This document shows, piece by piece, positions 24,451 through 38,448 of a stretch of 64,000 bases of DNA. The translations under genes and the position numbers were made by a program. Source of the stretch: Octopus vulgaris (lineage: Eukaryota); assembly GCA_951406725.2 (NCBI GenBank), contig OX597816.1, positions 128,774,001 through 128,838,000 on the forward strand, written 5' to 3'. The notes under the pieces were generated by a model, which ran no database searches, was not told the origin of the DNA, and saw nothing but the letters and a program-made list of their open reading frames with translations. Numbering within the stretch: the stretch's first letter is position 1; each line of letters starts with the position of its first letter.

Positions 24451-24712
24451 GCAGTTGTGACAGTGTAGTAAGAAGTTTGCTTCTCAACCACATGGTCCCA
24501 GATTCAGTCACACTGAGTGGCATCTTGAGCAAATGTCTTCTGCAATAGCCTTGTGCCAGCCAAACTGAAAGATGCCCTTTGTGTCTGTATGTGTGTGTGT
24601 GTGTGTGTGTGCGTGTGTGTGTGTGTGTGCACGTTGCCGCATGCCTGTATGTGCATGTTGTCTGTGAGTGTCTTCATATTTGTGTTTGTCCCCCCACACA
24701 CACTGCTTGGCA
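24450..24712 (+). mobile_element. SINE family A, degenerate and partial
   Basis: AAGAAGTTTGCTTCTCAACCACATGG..TTCAGTC..CTTGAGCAAATGTCTTC. Confidence 0.65.
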
Positions 24713-25399
24713 ACTTAATATTTACATTTCATGGATTATTTAAAGTTAATCTATCATTTACATTTGACATTAGTGTTTATATTTGACAAATTATTTACAG
24801 CTAATTTAGCGACTGCAATTGTGTAGTATCTTCAGTAAATATATAACTTTCAGTTGTTAACTTGTAAATGTTCATATTTATATTTTATCATTTGAAATTC
24901 CTAATTTCAAAATTATTAGACAAATTTCTTTTATGGACAAAGATATGATTTTTAGTTTATTTTTTGTAGTGTCTTATTTTGTTTATATTTTCAGTTTATC
25001 AACAATAGTAATCCAAAACACTTGCAGTAAAAATAATTGTAAAAGTACAAATAATTGTAAAGCTGAGACATTGGAACAGTTATTTGTCTTCAACTCAAAT
25101 TCCACAGCTTGATATGTGTAATTTACCTACAATTGGTACTACTTTGATGGCTTACTCTATTTAATTTTCAACAGAGCATTTACAATATGTAAGGAAGTAA
25201 AAAACATCATTTACTCTAACATCTCATATATATAGCATTTACATCTGACCAAGAGACAAGGAGTAGCCCCATTTGGTCTCTTCCCAATATTCTTGGATGA
25301 TCCCAAGGACTCCAGAATGGTGGGGATATTTATTTTAGCTAGGGCTCATTTTAGAACTAAATTTTTCTCAGACCATTGAGTAAAGGAACTAATAAAACA

Positions 25400-25553
25400 T
25401 GTAAAAAGCACTCAGCACACTCTGTTAAGTGGTTGGCATTACATCCAGCCCTAGGAGCTATGCCACAACAGACAGCTCCCTGCTAGCCAGCTCCATGCCA
25501 AACTGTCCAACCATTGCCAACATTGAGACCGGATGTTAAACGATGGTGATGAT
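25400..25553 (+). mobile_element. Degenerate RTE 3' end
   Basis: GTAAAAAGCAC...GTGGTTGGCATT...GGATGTTAAACGATGGTGATGAT. Confidence 0.65.
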
Positions 25554-26559
25554 TCAGTTCTGGTGAAAGTCTATGAAAACTCCCAGAATATAAGGACTTA
25601 CTACAATAATTACCTACCCTCACATGCAATGTGAATAAATATGCATTACATTTGACAGAGAAATCTGAATGCTAAAGGGTTAAGGAAACTGAACAGATTT
25701 GCTCTAGATACAGTGGATGCATATAGAGAAGGATACATAAGGAAGAAGATGAACTCAACCACAATACAGAATGTTTTATTTATAGATAGCATGTCATTCA
25801 CATTTAATGTAGCATTTACAGTTAATGTTATCTTTAAAATATTTCTAATTTCGTGATTAAGGATTATTAAAGTGTAAGTATTGAATAAATTTATTTTTCT
25901 CTTTCTTCAGCATTGTGGTTATTTTTCATTATTTTCTTTGCTTGTATATTCAATAGCAATTTAATAATAAGACTAAACTATAACATATTAACATTGCACC
26001 AAACTGAAATACATTATTATCATAGTTTGTTACACTGAAAGACTTAACATTATATTGATCACATTAAATCACTGTTGTTGCTGGTAGTGGTGGGGGTGGG
26101 GGTGGCGGCAGTGAAGATATTGACGACAACAAAGATGATGTTGTAGTTACTTAGTGCTAACCATCTCTACTCGATGAAACATATTTTATGATGGTATACT
26201 ATCAAAGGGTTAGATGCAGTTTACTAGTGAAACAACTTAGGTATGCTAATATAAATTGCCTGAAATTGATTTGAATTGAATTTTAACCATTTGATCACTA
26301 TCCACCTATGGCTGTCCTTCTTTGTAGTTGAAGTTTACTGATCCAAAATGTAGGTATTTATGATCCTTATTTTAATGATGGTAAATAGTATGTTGTAAAA
26401 GAAATAGTATTTCTTTAAACAAGTTGAATGCCTGCATAGAATCACCTTCATTAACTCAAGGTGCAGGTATATGAGGTGTGACATGGTAGCTTTAAATAAT
26501 TCCACAGAATAACTCTTTGGGATAAACAAATAGTAAACATAAAAAATTCTGTGAGCTGT

Positions 26560-26765
26560 AAAAACTAGTGCCAAAACAGATCTTATCAGTGCTGGTGTCA
26601 CATAAAATGCACTCAGTATACTCTGTAAGGTAGTCAATATTAAGGGCATCCAACCGTAAAAACCATGCCAAACAAAAAGCGAAGCCTGGTGCAATCTTCT
26701 GGCTTTCCAGCTCCGGTCAAACCATCCAACCCATGCCAGCATGGAAAACAGATGTTAAATGATGT

Positions 26766-26829
<64 letters not shown>

Positions 26830-26834
26830 GGTGG

Positions 26835-26881
<47 letters not shown>

Positions 26882-26909
26882 GGGATGATAATGATGATGG
26901 TGATAATGG

Positions 26910-26953
<44 letters not shown>

Positions 26954-27030
26954 GTGATGATGGTGATGATGATGATGATGATGATGATGATGGTGATGAT
27001 GATGGTGATGATGATGATGATGATTGATGA
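26560..27030 (+). mobile_element. RTE-related 3' end with a ~270-bp (GAT/GGT)n tail
   Basis: AAGGGCATCCAACCGTAAAAACCATGCCAAAC...CCATGCCAGCATGGAAAACAGATGTTAAAT followed by a long (GAT)n. Confidence 0.8.
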
Positions 27031-27334
27031 GCTACAGTACTTTGAAATATGGCCAATACAGCCTAAAGGTGCAGTAGACAGTCATGTTTACAACCTTAGC
27101 CCACGTTTAATAATGATAAAAATCAAGCTATGTTTGATCACAAGGGATAACAAGTTCTATAAATAATATTGTCTCTAGGGTTTCTCTATTGTCTTTTGGT
27201 GTCTTTTTCTTTTCTGATAGTAAATATAATCCATTGAAAAGTTATTGTCTTTTAAATTCTATAGTTAAGAGCTTACAATGTCAACAATAATTCATTTATC
27301 ATTATTATCATGACCCTCAGAAATTGTAAACAAA

Positions 27335-27995
27335 CATGGCACTTACAGATGGTCCATTGAAAATTCAGACAATTTATCATGGATATTTCATTTGCAAAAT
27401 GTTGACATGAGAGTACAAACTAAAAGATAAGTTGTATAATTGTTTGTTCATTTATTTGTTTTTATTTTTAAGTAATGTTTTGTTCTCTTTTCTTTTTCCT
27501 TTTTTTTTTTGTTTTATCTGTGAGCAATTTTATGAATTACTTTCAGATGACACTTGATCTGTAAAATTATCTTACTGGATATCTTTGAACATTTAAATGA
27601 TATAAATGCCAACTTGCAAAGCAAAACTGAAAATATTTATTTTCCACTCACAAAATTAATGTTCTCAAAGATAAGTTAAAAATTTACATTGTCAAAGTCA
27701 AAGCAGGCTGGCAGCTTATATGTACGTGTCCCTACATATTGCTGCAGCGAAGAATAGGGAGATTTTTTCACAATTGATCTCAGAGAACATTCTGACTGAG
27801 ATAATACAACAGGAAAATTCAGTACCATTTTTCAAATTTATGTACAAACAAATATAACTAATTGAAAAACTCCTTTATTGCATTAGCATCGAGTATGATT
27901 TATGGAGAGAGAGATGAAGAATGATCGTCATCATCATCGCTGTTGAGAACTGTGGTAATTCTCATGAAACTCTTCCCCATTTTACTTCTGTCAGC
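27335..27995 (+). pseudogene. Highly decayed hAT (Buster/Charlie-like) transposase fragment
   Basis: About 27568-27690 translates, allowing frameshifts, to YL.DIFEHLNDINANLQSKTENI..STHKINVLKDKLKI, resembling the Buster motif YLxDIFxxLNxLNxxLQG. Confidence 0.5.
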
Positions 27996-28233
27996 TCAAA
28001 TTTCTTGTACTCACAAGCATAATAGATAATGACAGAAAGAGACAAACAGAGACAGAGACACAGAGACAGATTCAGAGAGAAAGACAAACAACAAGAGCCA
28101 GTCATTAAAACTCACTCACATTGTTTGTCATTGTTCACTTCCTCCATCACCTTTATCTATTCACCGTTCACAAATTTGCCAACTGTATTGCAAAACTCAA
28201 TACAAACACATACGAAAACATGTATCCAACTGA

Positions 28234-28268
<35 letters not shown>

Positions 28269-28543
28269 AGCATTTGCACTCACTACATAACCTTCGAATA
28301 CGTACTATGTTTCTGGTACTCATTTACCATTTTCACTATATTTCTTTTCGTACATTACTCATACATGCACACTATTCATATTTACACATAACCTTCATGC
28401 AAAAACATGTTATGTACAAAACTACAATGCTCAATGCAATCACTAACAATTATTGTATTACACATGCACACACACACACACATTTAAGCATAACTTAGTT
28501 TCTCCAATGTTCTCTTCCCATTTCTCTCTCTGCTTCTCTCTCC

Positions 28544-28577
<34 letters not shown>

Positions 28578-28621
28578 GCATATATAAATATAGATATATA
28601 TAATATATATATATATGTATG

Positions 28622-28659
<38 letters not shown>

Positions 28660-31164
28660 TATATATAATATATATATATGTATGTATGTATATATATATA
28701 TATATATAAATATATATATACATACACACACACACACATATATATATATATACATACATACATACATATATATATACACACACTTTCTCTCTCCCTACAC
28801 ACCTACACACACACATACACTCACATACATACATACATACACACATATATATGCATGTATGTCACTTTCTCACATAGTGCCAGTCAAGGCATGTTGCATC
28901 TAATTAGCATTCCATTCTCCTTTGATATGTCTGGAAGTTTTGATGGAAGAGAGAATGTTGAACTTGCAGTTTCTTTCTATCTGTGGGAAAGACACAGAAC
29001 AGTTAGTTTATAGCTATAAGGGTTACTTGTATTCATATTTTTGCAACAGAGGATAATATGTAAGCTCTACACAAACACACACACACACACATATGAACCT
29101 TCTGGAATGGAAGTGTAGTAATGCTTTCCAGAAGGTATGAATGTATTCATATGGATTTGATATTTTCTTTCAATTTGTATAGGTTAAGTGATATGGGTGA
29201 GTAATTGCTAAGAAATGTGGTAAGGATGGAAGTCTGAAACTGTGGTGATATATTAAATATTATATTATATGTGATATAATAAATTGTATATGCTTCAGTG
29301 AGAAAATAGGCACTAAGTCATTCAGTGAAACTTATTCAGATAAAGATTAATCATTCAGCATGCCAATACTACATAATCTAGGAATAAGTAACGGCTCTAT
29401 TCACTAGTTTGGTTTGTGGTATGATAAAAGGAAGATAACGATCCCATTGGGATGAAGCGAAAAGCCAATTCAAGTGGGATTTGAACCATTAAACCAAACT
29501 CCAAACTTGTTACCAGTAAACATCAATTCTTGTGTATTTAACTCTATATCAACTTGACCGCCCTTTGAATAACATTAAATACTTCTTTAAATCATATATT
29601 TATTCAAAACACTAATATTGAATCTCCAATTTCAAAGGAAACTGTCTTCTCTTTGATATAGAGTCTTAAGTATTTTTTTAAATAACATAGAATCTTTATC
29701 AATTATTATTAAATTCTTCTGTAGTCAGAGAGCAATTTATGAGTTGCTTGTGAATATTAGAATTCTCATGTTTAATACATCTTGAATACATTAGCTATTT
29801 ACTTAGGCTTTGCTTGAAAAATCAATACTGGAAATCAAAAACTTAAATACTTTTCATGATAATACATGATCATTTTAGTTTATGTTGTCTAACTTGAAAT
29901 GATTGTCCAGTGGCAGCAACTTTTGTTTTACTATGTTATATCTTTTTCTTTTTTGTTTTTGCCTTGTTTCTATGAATGGGATGATTTTTGCATCTTAGAA
30001 TATTTGCATATATGTTGGAGCATACGTTTTTGCAGTTGGATGTTATAAAAATAATTGACCGCTCAAGTGGAACTTCTTTCTCTTCAGTTAAGCAAACTAA
30101 GACAAGCAATAGTGATCTGCTTTACTCAAGGACACAGTACAATGGTTATACTAAGAGTTCAATCTCATAACTAAGCAACCAGTACTTTAACTCCTGAGCC
30201 ATTATGAAGTTTATTGCTATCAATTTGATAAATAGAACTCGTTTTATATTGAATTCTTTGTCTTGGAGCTGAAGCCACCAACTTATTCTATTCTTTTAGG
30301 TTTCATCAAACAGCATTGGTAGTCATTAGACTATTCACAGAGAATGCTCCATACTATCTATTTTCACACTTGGCACTCTGAGATAAAATCTTGGTGAGGT
30401 CAATTTTACATTTCATCTTTTATGAGATATATTCAGACAGTTGATTGATAGAACTGTAAGAACATGGGACTGGATGCTTTGTGGTATTTATTCAGGCTCC
30501 TTGCATTCTGAATCCAAACCTACTATAGTCTACTTATCTAGTAGACTTTATCCCTCATATGGTAGAACACCACTGCTTGACTTTTTGAGTGGCTTTAGCA
30601 GAGTCCAATCTGTTGCAAGCATTCAGGTCAAGTTTACAGTTTAAGGGTTCCTCCCCGTCTCAAGCCTAGTCATGGGCTAACTACAGCCTGTGGGATTTTC
30701 TGACTGGTACACATGATGAAGACATTACCTTGAATTTTTTTTTTAGTGCTGCTTGCTTGATAATGTGCCATGTCTCAAATGACCCGTTTCTCAAAATGGT
30801 TCCTCATGCTGCTCTAGATGCAGAGGCCTATAAAAGACATGGCCTTCCTCTTGACTAAAAGACAAAGGGAAAAAAGACTGGCCACACCAGTAGAACAACA
30901 AACTGGATACATTATTTTGTTATTGAAATGATAAACTTTCATTCTGAGTTCAAATTACACACTGGTTAACTCATGCTTTTAATTTTGAAATAAGTACCAG
31001 CAATATACAGTACAGTTCAATTTCCTATAATGCTCTTTTGCAAAGGAAAGAAAAAAGAAATATATTTAGTCAGAAGGAATCGTTATTGATTTTATGAGTA
31101 ACTGTGATTTTTCTATTGGTTTTCATTTTTGCTGGCACAGAAATACATTTGGAAAATATTGATT

Positions 31165-31445
31165 AATAATAATGATAGTAATAATAATAAACATAACAAT
31201 ACTATTACCATTGTTGTTGTTGTTGTTGTTGTTGCTGCTGCTGCTATTGTTGTTGTTGCTAGCAGCAGCAGCAGTGGCAGGAGGAGGTGGAGGAAAAGAA
31301 GGTGGGGAGGCAGTGAGGAGAAGGGTGAGGAAGAGGGTGAAGAGGAGGATTGTAGAGAGAAGGGTGGAGAAGAGGAGGAGGCGGAGGAGGAAGAGGAAGA
31401 CGAGGAGGAAGGGGAGGAGGAAAAGAAGAAGAAGAAGAAGAAGTC
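31165..31445. repeat. Compound trinucleotide low-complexity tract (TAA, TTG, CTG, CAG, GAG, GAA)
   Basis: Direct reading of the sequence. Confidence 0.9.
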
Positions 31446-32314
31446 CTCTTTGTAAAATAAAAAGAAGTTTTTTTTTCCAATAAATCATTTTGAATTTATG
31501 CAAATTTCATTCCAGCCCTCTTTTCCGTCTGCCATCATTTTTATTGAAAACAAAGACTATTTGACTTTCATGTTTCACTGAATGAGGCGTGGTGAGCTTG
31601 ATGTCCAGGGTAGTTAGAGGTGTAATAGATATTCCAAATATTAGCATGAGTTACTGTTATAATTTCTGTAATCAGTCAATAATTAATGGACAATTAATCA
31701 TTCCTTCTGGTGTGTTTAAGCCTCAGTGTGTATGTCATTGAAAATGTTGTTGGTAATATAATGCCAAGCTGGTATGAAAATGTACACAGATTTAAACATG
31801 TTACAGTTTTGCTATGAACATGTGACTAGCTATGAGTAGGTTCTTGCAAGATAAAAAAAACAAAAACGAATGGCTCAATGAAGGCCACATGTTCAAAACA
31901 GCTTAATATTATTTGATTCTGAACAGAAAGGCAATTGCTACAATAATTACCATATCAATTAGCTTCTGAAACCATCACAGGTTGGAAATTTTATTTCTAA
32001 TTTTATTTTATTTTTTAAAAAAATAATTTTTTTGTTCTTATATTTATTATTGTTGTTGTTGTTTTTTTTTTGTTTTTTTTTTAATATTCTTTTTATTATA
32101 ATAATTCCCATATGAAAGAAAGCAGACATAATCAAGTGAAATAAAAATAGCTCTGTCTGAAATTACAAACTAATGGTTTCTAAACTGGAATTAACCAATA
32201 TTGCTACAAACAATTAAATTCTTTAAAGAAAAAAAAAAATAAATATCTTTCTTAGAAGTTGTTAACTTTTAAAAGCCTATAAAACCATCACATTATAACT
32301 GACAAAAATCCATT

Positions 32315-32760
32315 ACCATCATCATCATCACCATCATCATCACTATCATTGTCCCCTTAACCACTACAACCACCACCACCACCACCACCACCACCATCAC
32401 CATCACCATCATCATCTCGTCATCATCACCATCGTCATCATCATCTTCATCATCATCATCATCATTGTTGTAATAGTCATCATATTGTTGTTGTCATTGT
32501 TCTTGTCAACAAGGTACGTAGAAGGTAATAACAGAAAAGCTGTTGTTGATGTTGATGGTGGTGTTGGTGGTGTTGGTGATGACGATGATGATGTTGATGA
32601 TGATAATGATGATGATGATGATGATAGCAACGATGAAAATGAGGAGGAGGAGAATGAAGGTGATGATGACAACAATGACGACAATAACTGCGATGACTAC
32701 GAGGATGATGACGATGATGCTGCTGATGATGTTGACGACCATGACAATGAATGAACAACA
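32315..32760. repeat. (CAT/CAC)n tract followed by the complementary (GAT/GGT)n tract
   Basis: Repeat polarity switches around 32500-32540. Confidence 0.85.
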
Positions 32761-33512
32761 TCTATAAGTTTGTTTTATCATTTTTTTTTATTTGTTTTCT
32801 TCTTTAAATTCTTTTATTTAAAAATGCCATTTATTAGTGCTATGTCACTAGATACCATAGAATTTCTTGAAATCATAAATAGCAACATAGAATAATGACA
32901 AGACTGCAGGCTAAACCCACATTCTGCTATAGCCTTCCAATTAAAGCATAGAATCTCTATTGGTATTTTTATCTGTTTTGTTTTCATTTTGGGGAAATAT
33001 TTTTTTTTGTAACAGATTTTATTTCTAGTGTTGAGTATCTATTATTATGAGCAGCATTTCAAGCATAAAAATGGTAGTTGCATGGATAATAGAGCACATT
33101 AATGGAACTAAAACATTGAAAAATATGACACATTCAAGCATTCTCAAAGTTCTATGAATCCAGAGTTTGTGTCCACTACTAATATCATCTTCTTCTACCA
33201 ATTTTTTTGCTATTTTCATCAATAAGAACATTCAATTAATCCTCCAATGGCAATCTGACATTCTAGTGTTGTTTAACGAAACATAAATGTTGTTTAGTTT
33301 AATGAAAAGGAATAGGTGTGTGGCTGTGATGTTTACATTGCATCCACACCGTTTTAGGTTCAATCCCACCAGACAACACATGGGACAAGAGTCTTCTAGT
33401 ATAATTTGAAGTTGACCAATGCCTTATGAGAGCCATTTTATTGGACAGAATGTATCATAGACTGTCATACACACACATAGCAGACAAACGCATGTGTGTG
33501 TATGCATATATA

Positions 33513-33852
33513 TATTGGGTCATCTCATAAATAATGTAGTTTTTTCAATTGCATGGACTAAAAGTTGGAGGGAGATGGGATAAACCACCATACTATAAAA
33601 GCAGGTAGTAACTTTACCTTGTACTTATTCTTAGTGCAAGTTTTGAAGAGTGTAGTTCAATTTTCACAGTTATTTTTTCAAAGCTATAATGGAAGTGACA
33701 AAGGAGCATATTCAGTATATTTTGCTTTATGAGTTCAATAAAGACAACTACATAATGGAAAGTACGAGGAATATTAATGCAGTATACAGGGATCAGACAA
33801 TAAGCCAGTGTCAACGGTGGTTCCATAAATTCCAAGCCGGAAACTACAGCCT
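33513..33852 (+). mobile_element. Mariner left end (TIR plus N-terminal transposase fragment)
   Basis: TA-TTGGGTCATCTCATAAATAATG terminus. ORF MEVTKEHIQYILLYEFNK..ESTRNINAVY..QCQRWFHKFQAGNYSL is the mariner HTH region. Confidence 0.8.
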
Positions 33853-33854
33853 AG

Positions 33855-34080
33855 CATTGATGGAGTGGCCATTTTTAAAGATGGTCAATAAACACAATGC
33901 ATTTTGCATCCTAGAGTACTAAGGCCATCACCTTCTTTACAGATGAAATGACCTTGGCCTTCTTTGGAGCAGATGAGGAGGGGTGTTTCCATTGCATGGA
34001 TTTCCTTTTGTCTCTGGCTCAAAGTGATGAAGCCAACACTCATCCTGGGTTAGGAAACACTCAATGAAAGCAGCTGATTT
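33855..34080 (-). mobile_element. Internal fragment of a different mariner family (same family as 42130-43173)
   Basis: FIECFLTQDECWLHHFEPETK then MQWKHPSSSAPKKAKVISS..KVMALV. Confidence 0.8.
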
Positions 34081-34104
34081 TCTTGTGATGTTTGTTGCTG
34101 TGAT

Positions 34105-34230
34105 TATTTTTGTTTTGCCAGTTGAGTAGTAGACTGGAGTGATGTGAAATGATATGTCTTTCTCAAGAGCACACTGCATCACCCTATTGAAGAATTGAAA
34201 CCGCAATGCCCTAACCACTAAGCTATATGT
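34105..34230 (-). mobile_element. SINE family C, degenerate 5' part
   Basis: Reverse strand reads TAGCTTAGTGGTTAGGGCA...GTGTGCTCTTGAGAAAGACA..TTTCACATCACTCCAGT. Confidence 0.55.
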
Positions 34231-36375
34231 ATGCATGTGTATGTTGTCTGTAGATTAGTTGATTTTTAGAAATGATATAACAAGGAAAAATATATCTGAA
34301 ATGGTTGTAAGGCGCTCAATGTAGACATTGAATTTTCTTATAATTGGGAAACTATGACTAGAATCTTTGCTGACAGATTTAAAATATTGTTTTGAGTTTT
34401 AATAATTTCTAACATATATGCAAAGCTCAAAAAAGTTTTGTGGGGAAGGACACTTGATATGAATTGCTCCAGAACATAAATAATATTTTATTCTATCAAT
34501 TGAAGAAGGATCAAAGGTAAAGTTGACCTCAGAATGTAAAAATCCAGGACAATATTCTACAAAGGATTTATCTAATAGTCTAATGATTCAGGCAATCCCC
34601 TACTATAACTTGGACTTTTATTAAATATTGTATTTTTTATAACTGGGAAAATGTTGCTAACAGTTAAAATTAACAGCTTTTCAATTATGGGCTAGAACAG
34701 TTTGAAACAACAAACTCATCATTTACAGATTGAGAGATTTGTTCCACTATTTGATTCAAATACTCATTAGGAGTTTCAGAAATCAATGTAATGTTTAAAC
34801 ACACCTTCAATTTCTCAATCCAAGTAGACACAAGCAATACAACGAAGCTAACACTCACTAACATCTTGTATTGAGTTAGTATTTCTAATTGTTTCATCTC
34901 TCATATTTTAATTTGTTCAGGCTTTATAACTTGAAGCTAACTAAATCCTCACAATCTTTGTTCAGTTTCATATATAGAAAGTGTCTTAATGTCAGCTCAT
35001 ATGCTCTTGGGATTAAGCTTTGCAGATTTCAGAAATAGTGAATGAGAAATTTTAAATTAGCTATTTGAGTGGTGCAGAAAAAGAATTGGATCTTCATGCA
35101 ATTTAAATAGCTTCAATATTGTTGCTACTGTTTGTTAGTTGATTTCATTGGTGAGGTTTTAATATGTTTACTTTCTCTTTTTTTCACCTATTTCCTGAAT
35201 ACATGACTAGTAAATTGTCACTCTGGCTAAAAGTGAAGTATGTTGTTAAGATGAAAAAGTTTAAAATAGTCACAATAAAAAAAAAGAAAACTTGTTTATT
35301 TTACCTGATATTGATAGTATTTACTGATGCAGTTAATAAGGAATGTTTGCTATTTAAATCAGCAATAAATGGAATCAAAGCAACAAAACAAAAATGAAAA
35401 ATATTTACCAATGACACAAAGCGAAAACTTTCACTACCAAATGATCACACCTAGGTTAATTATAAAGAACGTATGACAGAGAAAAAAATTATAAACTAAT
35501 AAAAATCAAATGTATGTGCAAATTAAAAATAGATCCTAAGAAATGTTACATCATTTCTTAATAACTATCTTGTTTGCTAATCATTTGATAACTATAACTA
35601 TTTATTTGGTATATTGAGCAAAATAAATAATTTAACAAGGAATTCCACTTCAAAATTTGTCGAAGAATTAGTATTCATAAAAAGACTTGTTTTTATCTGT
35701 CCAAAAAAGCATCATGGAGATATTAAACTGACCTGATATAAACCTACTTTTCAACATCTGTTATAATCAGTCTGCCCCAGCTTCTATGACACACACTTTC
35801 TACATAAAGTGAGAGCTAAACTGAAATTTCCCATTAAAATTCCTTGTTAATTTATATTCCAATTACCAGCTTAATAATGACCAAGATATTTTTACAAAGT
35901 TATTATTTTCAAAATTAATTGAAACAGATGCAATGTAATTCAACAAAAATATGGTAACAAAAGTATCAAATGTATATTGGATATATTAAACATGTATATG
36001 CTATGAACTTAGCAACACATGGTTTTGAAGTTTGAATCTTTCTAAGCATTGTTAGAATGTTTTTGTTTTTGTTTAGTTACAAAAGCTATTATAAAAGTTA
36101 AAAATTTTACAACTTTCCACATAATCTCCCCTCAAAAAACACACATTCCTCAGTTTGTTTTTAACCATTAAACTTTATTACTCTTGTTCAAATTCTTCCA
36201 AATCAATATATTGCACAGTTTATTGTGACCAACCTAGCATAAAGGGCTACAGAATGTGACTGGTATTAGATTAAACATCAACTTGGAAAATTTGTGTATA
36301 TATTGCAACAATTTTAAGACTGCAATTGTTTGCTAGGTACTAATGTGTATATGTATATATATGTATATATGTGTG

Positions 36376-36416
<41 letters not shown>

Positions 36417-36419
<3 letters not shown>

Positions 36420-36930
36420 AAGTCAAGGTAGAAAATGCTTAAATAATTTTATAAAAAACATTTCAGTACCAGTTTCAGTCATTGAGACTTTTTCAACAGT
36501 AAGTGTGGAAAACAATTAAATTTTGGAAAAATTAAAAGAAAAGTTTTTTAAAAGAATATTTGCAAAAGCTGTTACTCAGAGTTTAACATTCTTCTTTGTT
36601 GGACAGTTTGGGTTGAGAATGTAACAAAAATAAGGTTATATGCATAAATATACAATTATATTGAGAGATATACATTTGAAAATGGTTTTGTTTCACTGGT
36701 CCTTTCAACTAAAAGCCTTTTCAAAAACCGGTTATATGAAATTACAATTATGTTTTAAAATCATATTATTATAAAAATCGAAGACAACCTTAAATCAAAA
36801 ATTAGCTTTAGTAGAAGGGAAAAACTTGTATACCCAGGGTAAATTAAATTATGGTAAAATAAATTTAAATAAATTAAAAAGATATGATCATTTGAAATAA
36901 AAACATTTACAATGAATTAACATCATAAAA
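36417..36930 (-). mobile_element. Probable Penelope-like LTR fragment abutting (TA)n
   Basis: Degenerate hammerhead-like motif on the minus strand at about 36465-36500: TTGAAAA-AGTC-TCAAT-GACT-GAAAC-TGGTA. Boundaries are approximate. Confidence 0.4.
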
Positions 36931-37887
36931 ATACATATACATTTAGTAATACATACACATGCCAAAAAACCTATATATACATATATACACTAAACATACA
37001 AACGTTGGTGCATGCCTACATACATGTACAAATAAATACAGGCAAAACATATGTATATACTAATGCATAATAGGTATCCACATAAATGTATATACACACA
37101 ATACATGTATGTGTATTTCAAATATACAACTTAGTTGTTATAAGCTAGAGAAAGAAAACAAAAAGAAAATCAGAGAATAATAAGTGGTGGGAGAATAAAA
37201 GAAAAAAAAGAAGTGGTGGAAGAAAGAAAAAAGAAAGGGAAAGAGAAAATTAGAAAGAGAAAGAGAAAAATAGATAGATAGCAAGAGGGAAAAATGATTT
37301 GGAAGTTGGCATTCTCAAAAAGTATCTAACAAATGTTGGATACTTCAGTAAGCTTACAAATGCACATATACAAAAAGTCATGCATATCTACATAAACGCA
37401 TGCAGTAGACACATGCAGATATTCACTATGGAACTCTTGTCTGAGAGAAAAGTTTCTCCTTATAGAACTTTCTATCATGGCAAATGTCTTCTACTCCCAT
37501 CCTCCTCCTCCTCCTCCTTCTCGTCCACCTCATCATTATTTTAAAATCTGCTTTCCATGCCAGATTCATCCACTAACAGATTCATCAACACTAACAGATT
37601 CAACCACAACAAACTTTTTGAAACACTGAGCAGTTGCTGCTTCCTTGTAAGTCATGACAGACAGAAAGGATTCGTTCGAAGCTGAGTATTTGAGTTTATG
37701 GAACACAGAAACGATATTTATATATCACCTGATGAAACACGACAAGATCTCATAATGCAGGAAAATGGTTACATAACCAAATACCTTTGAACCTGGAGAA
37801 CTATGTTGCATAGAAACAATTGTAGAGATTACAAACAAACGTTCATCTGTTCTTCTTGTTGATTCCAACTTATTCAATTACACACAC

Positions 37888-37985
<98 letters not shown>

Positions 37986-37986
37986 G

Positions 37987-38023
<37 letters not shown>

Positions 38024-38051
38024 ATATGTATATATATATATATATATATAT

Positions 38052-38415
38052 AAAGTTAATCCAAACATGAAAACACAACAACGCGAGGACGTGGAACAAA
38101 TGTTAAACAGGCTAAAATCATGTGTCTCTTAAGTTTGTTGTTTATGTCAGGTGCACTGTAATTAAACACCTGTGCCTTGAGTTCTGATTTGAATACATTA
38201 AACATAGCAAAAAATAAAGGCATTATTCATTTTTGCCTTTTCAGTCAGTGAGAAATATAGTATTATTGGACACTCAGGAAGGAAGGGAAGAAGGAGGGTT
38301 TAACGTTTCGAGTGGAGCTCTTCGTCAAAATCATAGGGAAAGGAAAGATCCAAAGAAGGGAAGATGGAGGAAAAAAATCGCCAACGGTACACATGCGGTC
38401 ACATTTTGAATAAAA

Positions 38416-38420
<5 letters not shown>
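38052..38420 (-). mobile_element. Probable Penelope-like LTR fragment between (TA)n tracts, interrupted by a 157-bp insert
   Basis: Minus-strand hammerhead-like core TGACGA-A-GAG.TCC.CTC-GAAAC-GT at 38298-38331, with the same layout as 19458-19496. Confidence 0.55.
38100..38256. repeat. 157-bp perfect inverted repeat, copy 1
   Basis: Exact reverse complement of 39621-39777, checked base by base. Confidence 0.95.
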
Positions 38421-38446
<26 letters not shown>

Positions 38447-38448
38447 CC

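Noticed and set aside
26640-27166. Poly-Asp, poly-Met and poly-Ser ORFs (also 31123-31503 and 32412-32781)
   Set aside because: They are trinucleotide tracts open in several frames at once; the first is a retroposon tail.
29097-29136. 11-bp hairpin ACCTTCTGGAA/TTCCAGAAGGT
   Set aside because: The stem is too short for a pre-miRNA and there is no supporting context.
37640-37800. Short coding-like stretch [30 protein letters not shown] with a CTGATGA motif
   Set aside because: There is no recognisable domain, no consistent splice pair and no hammerhead stems around the motif.
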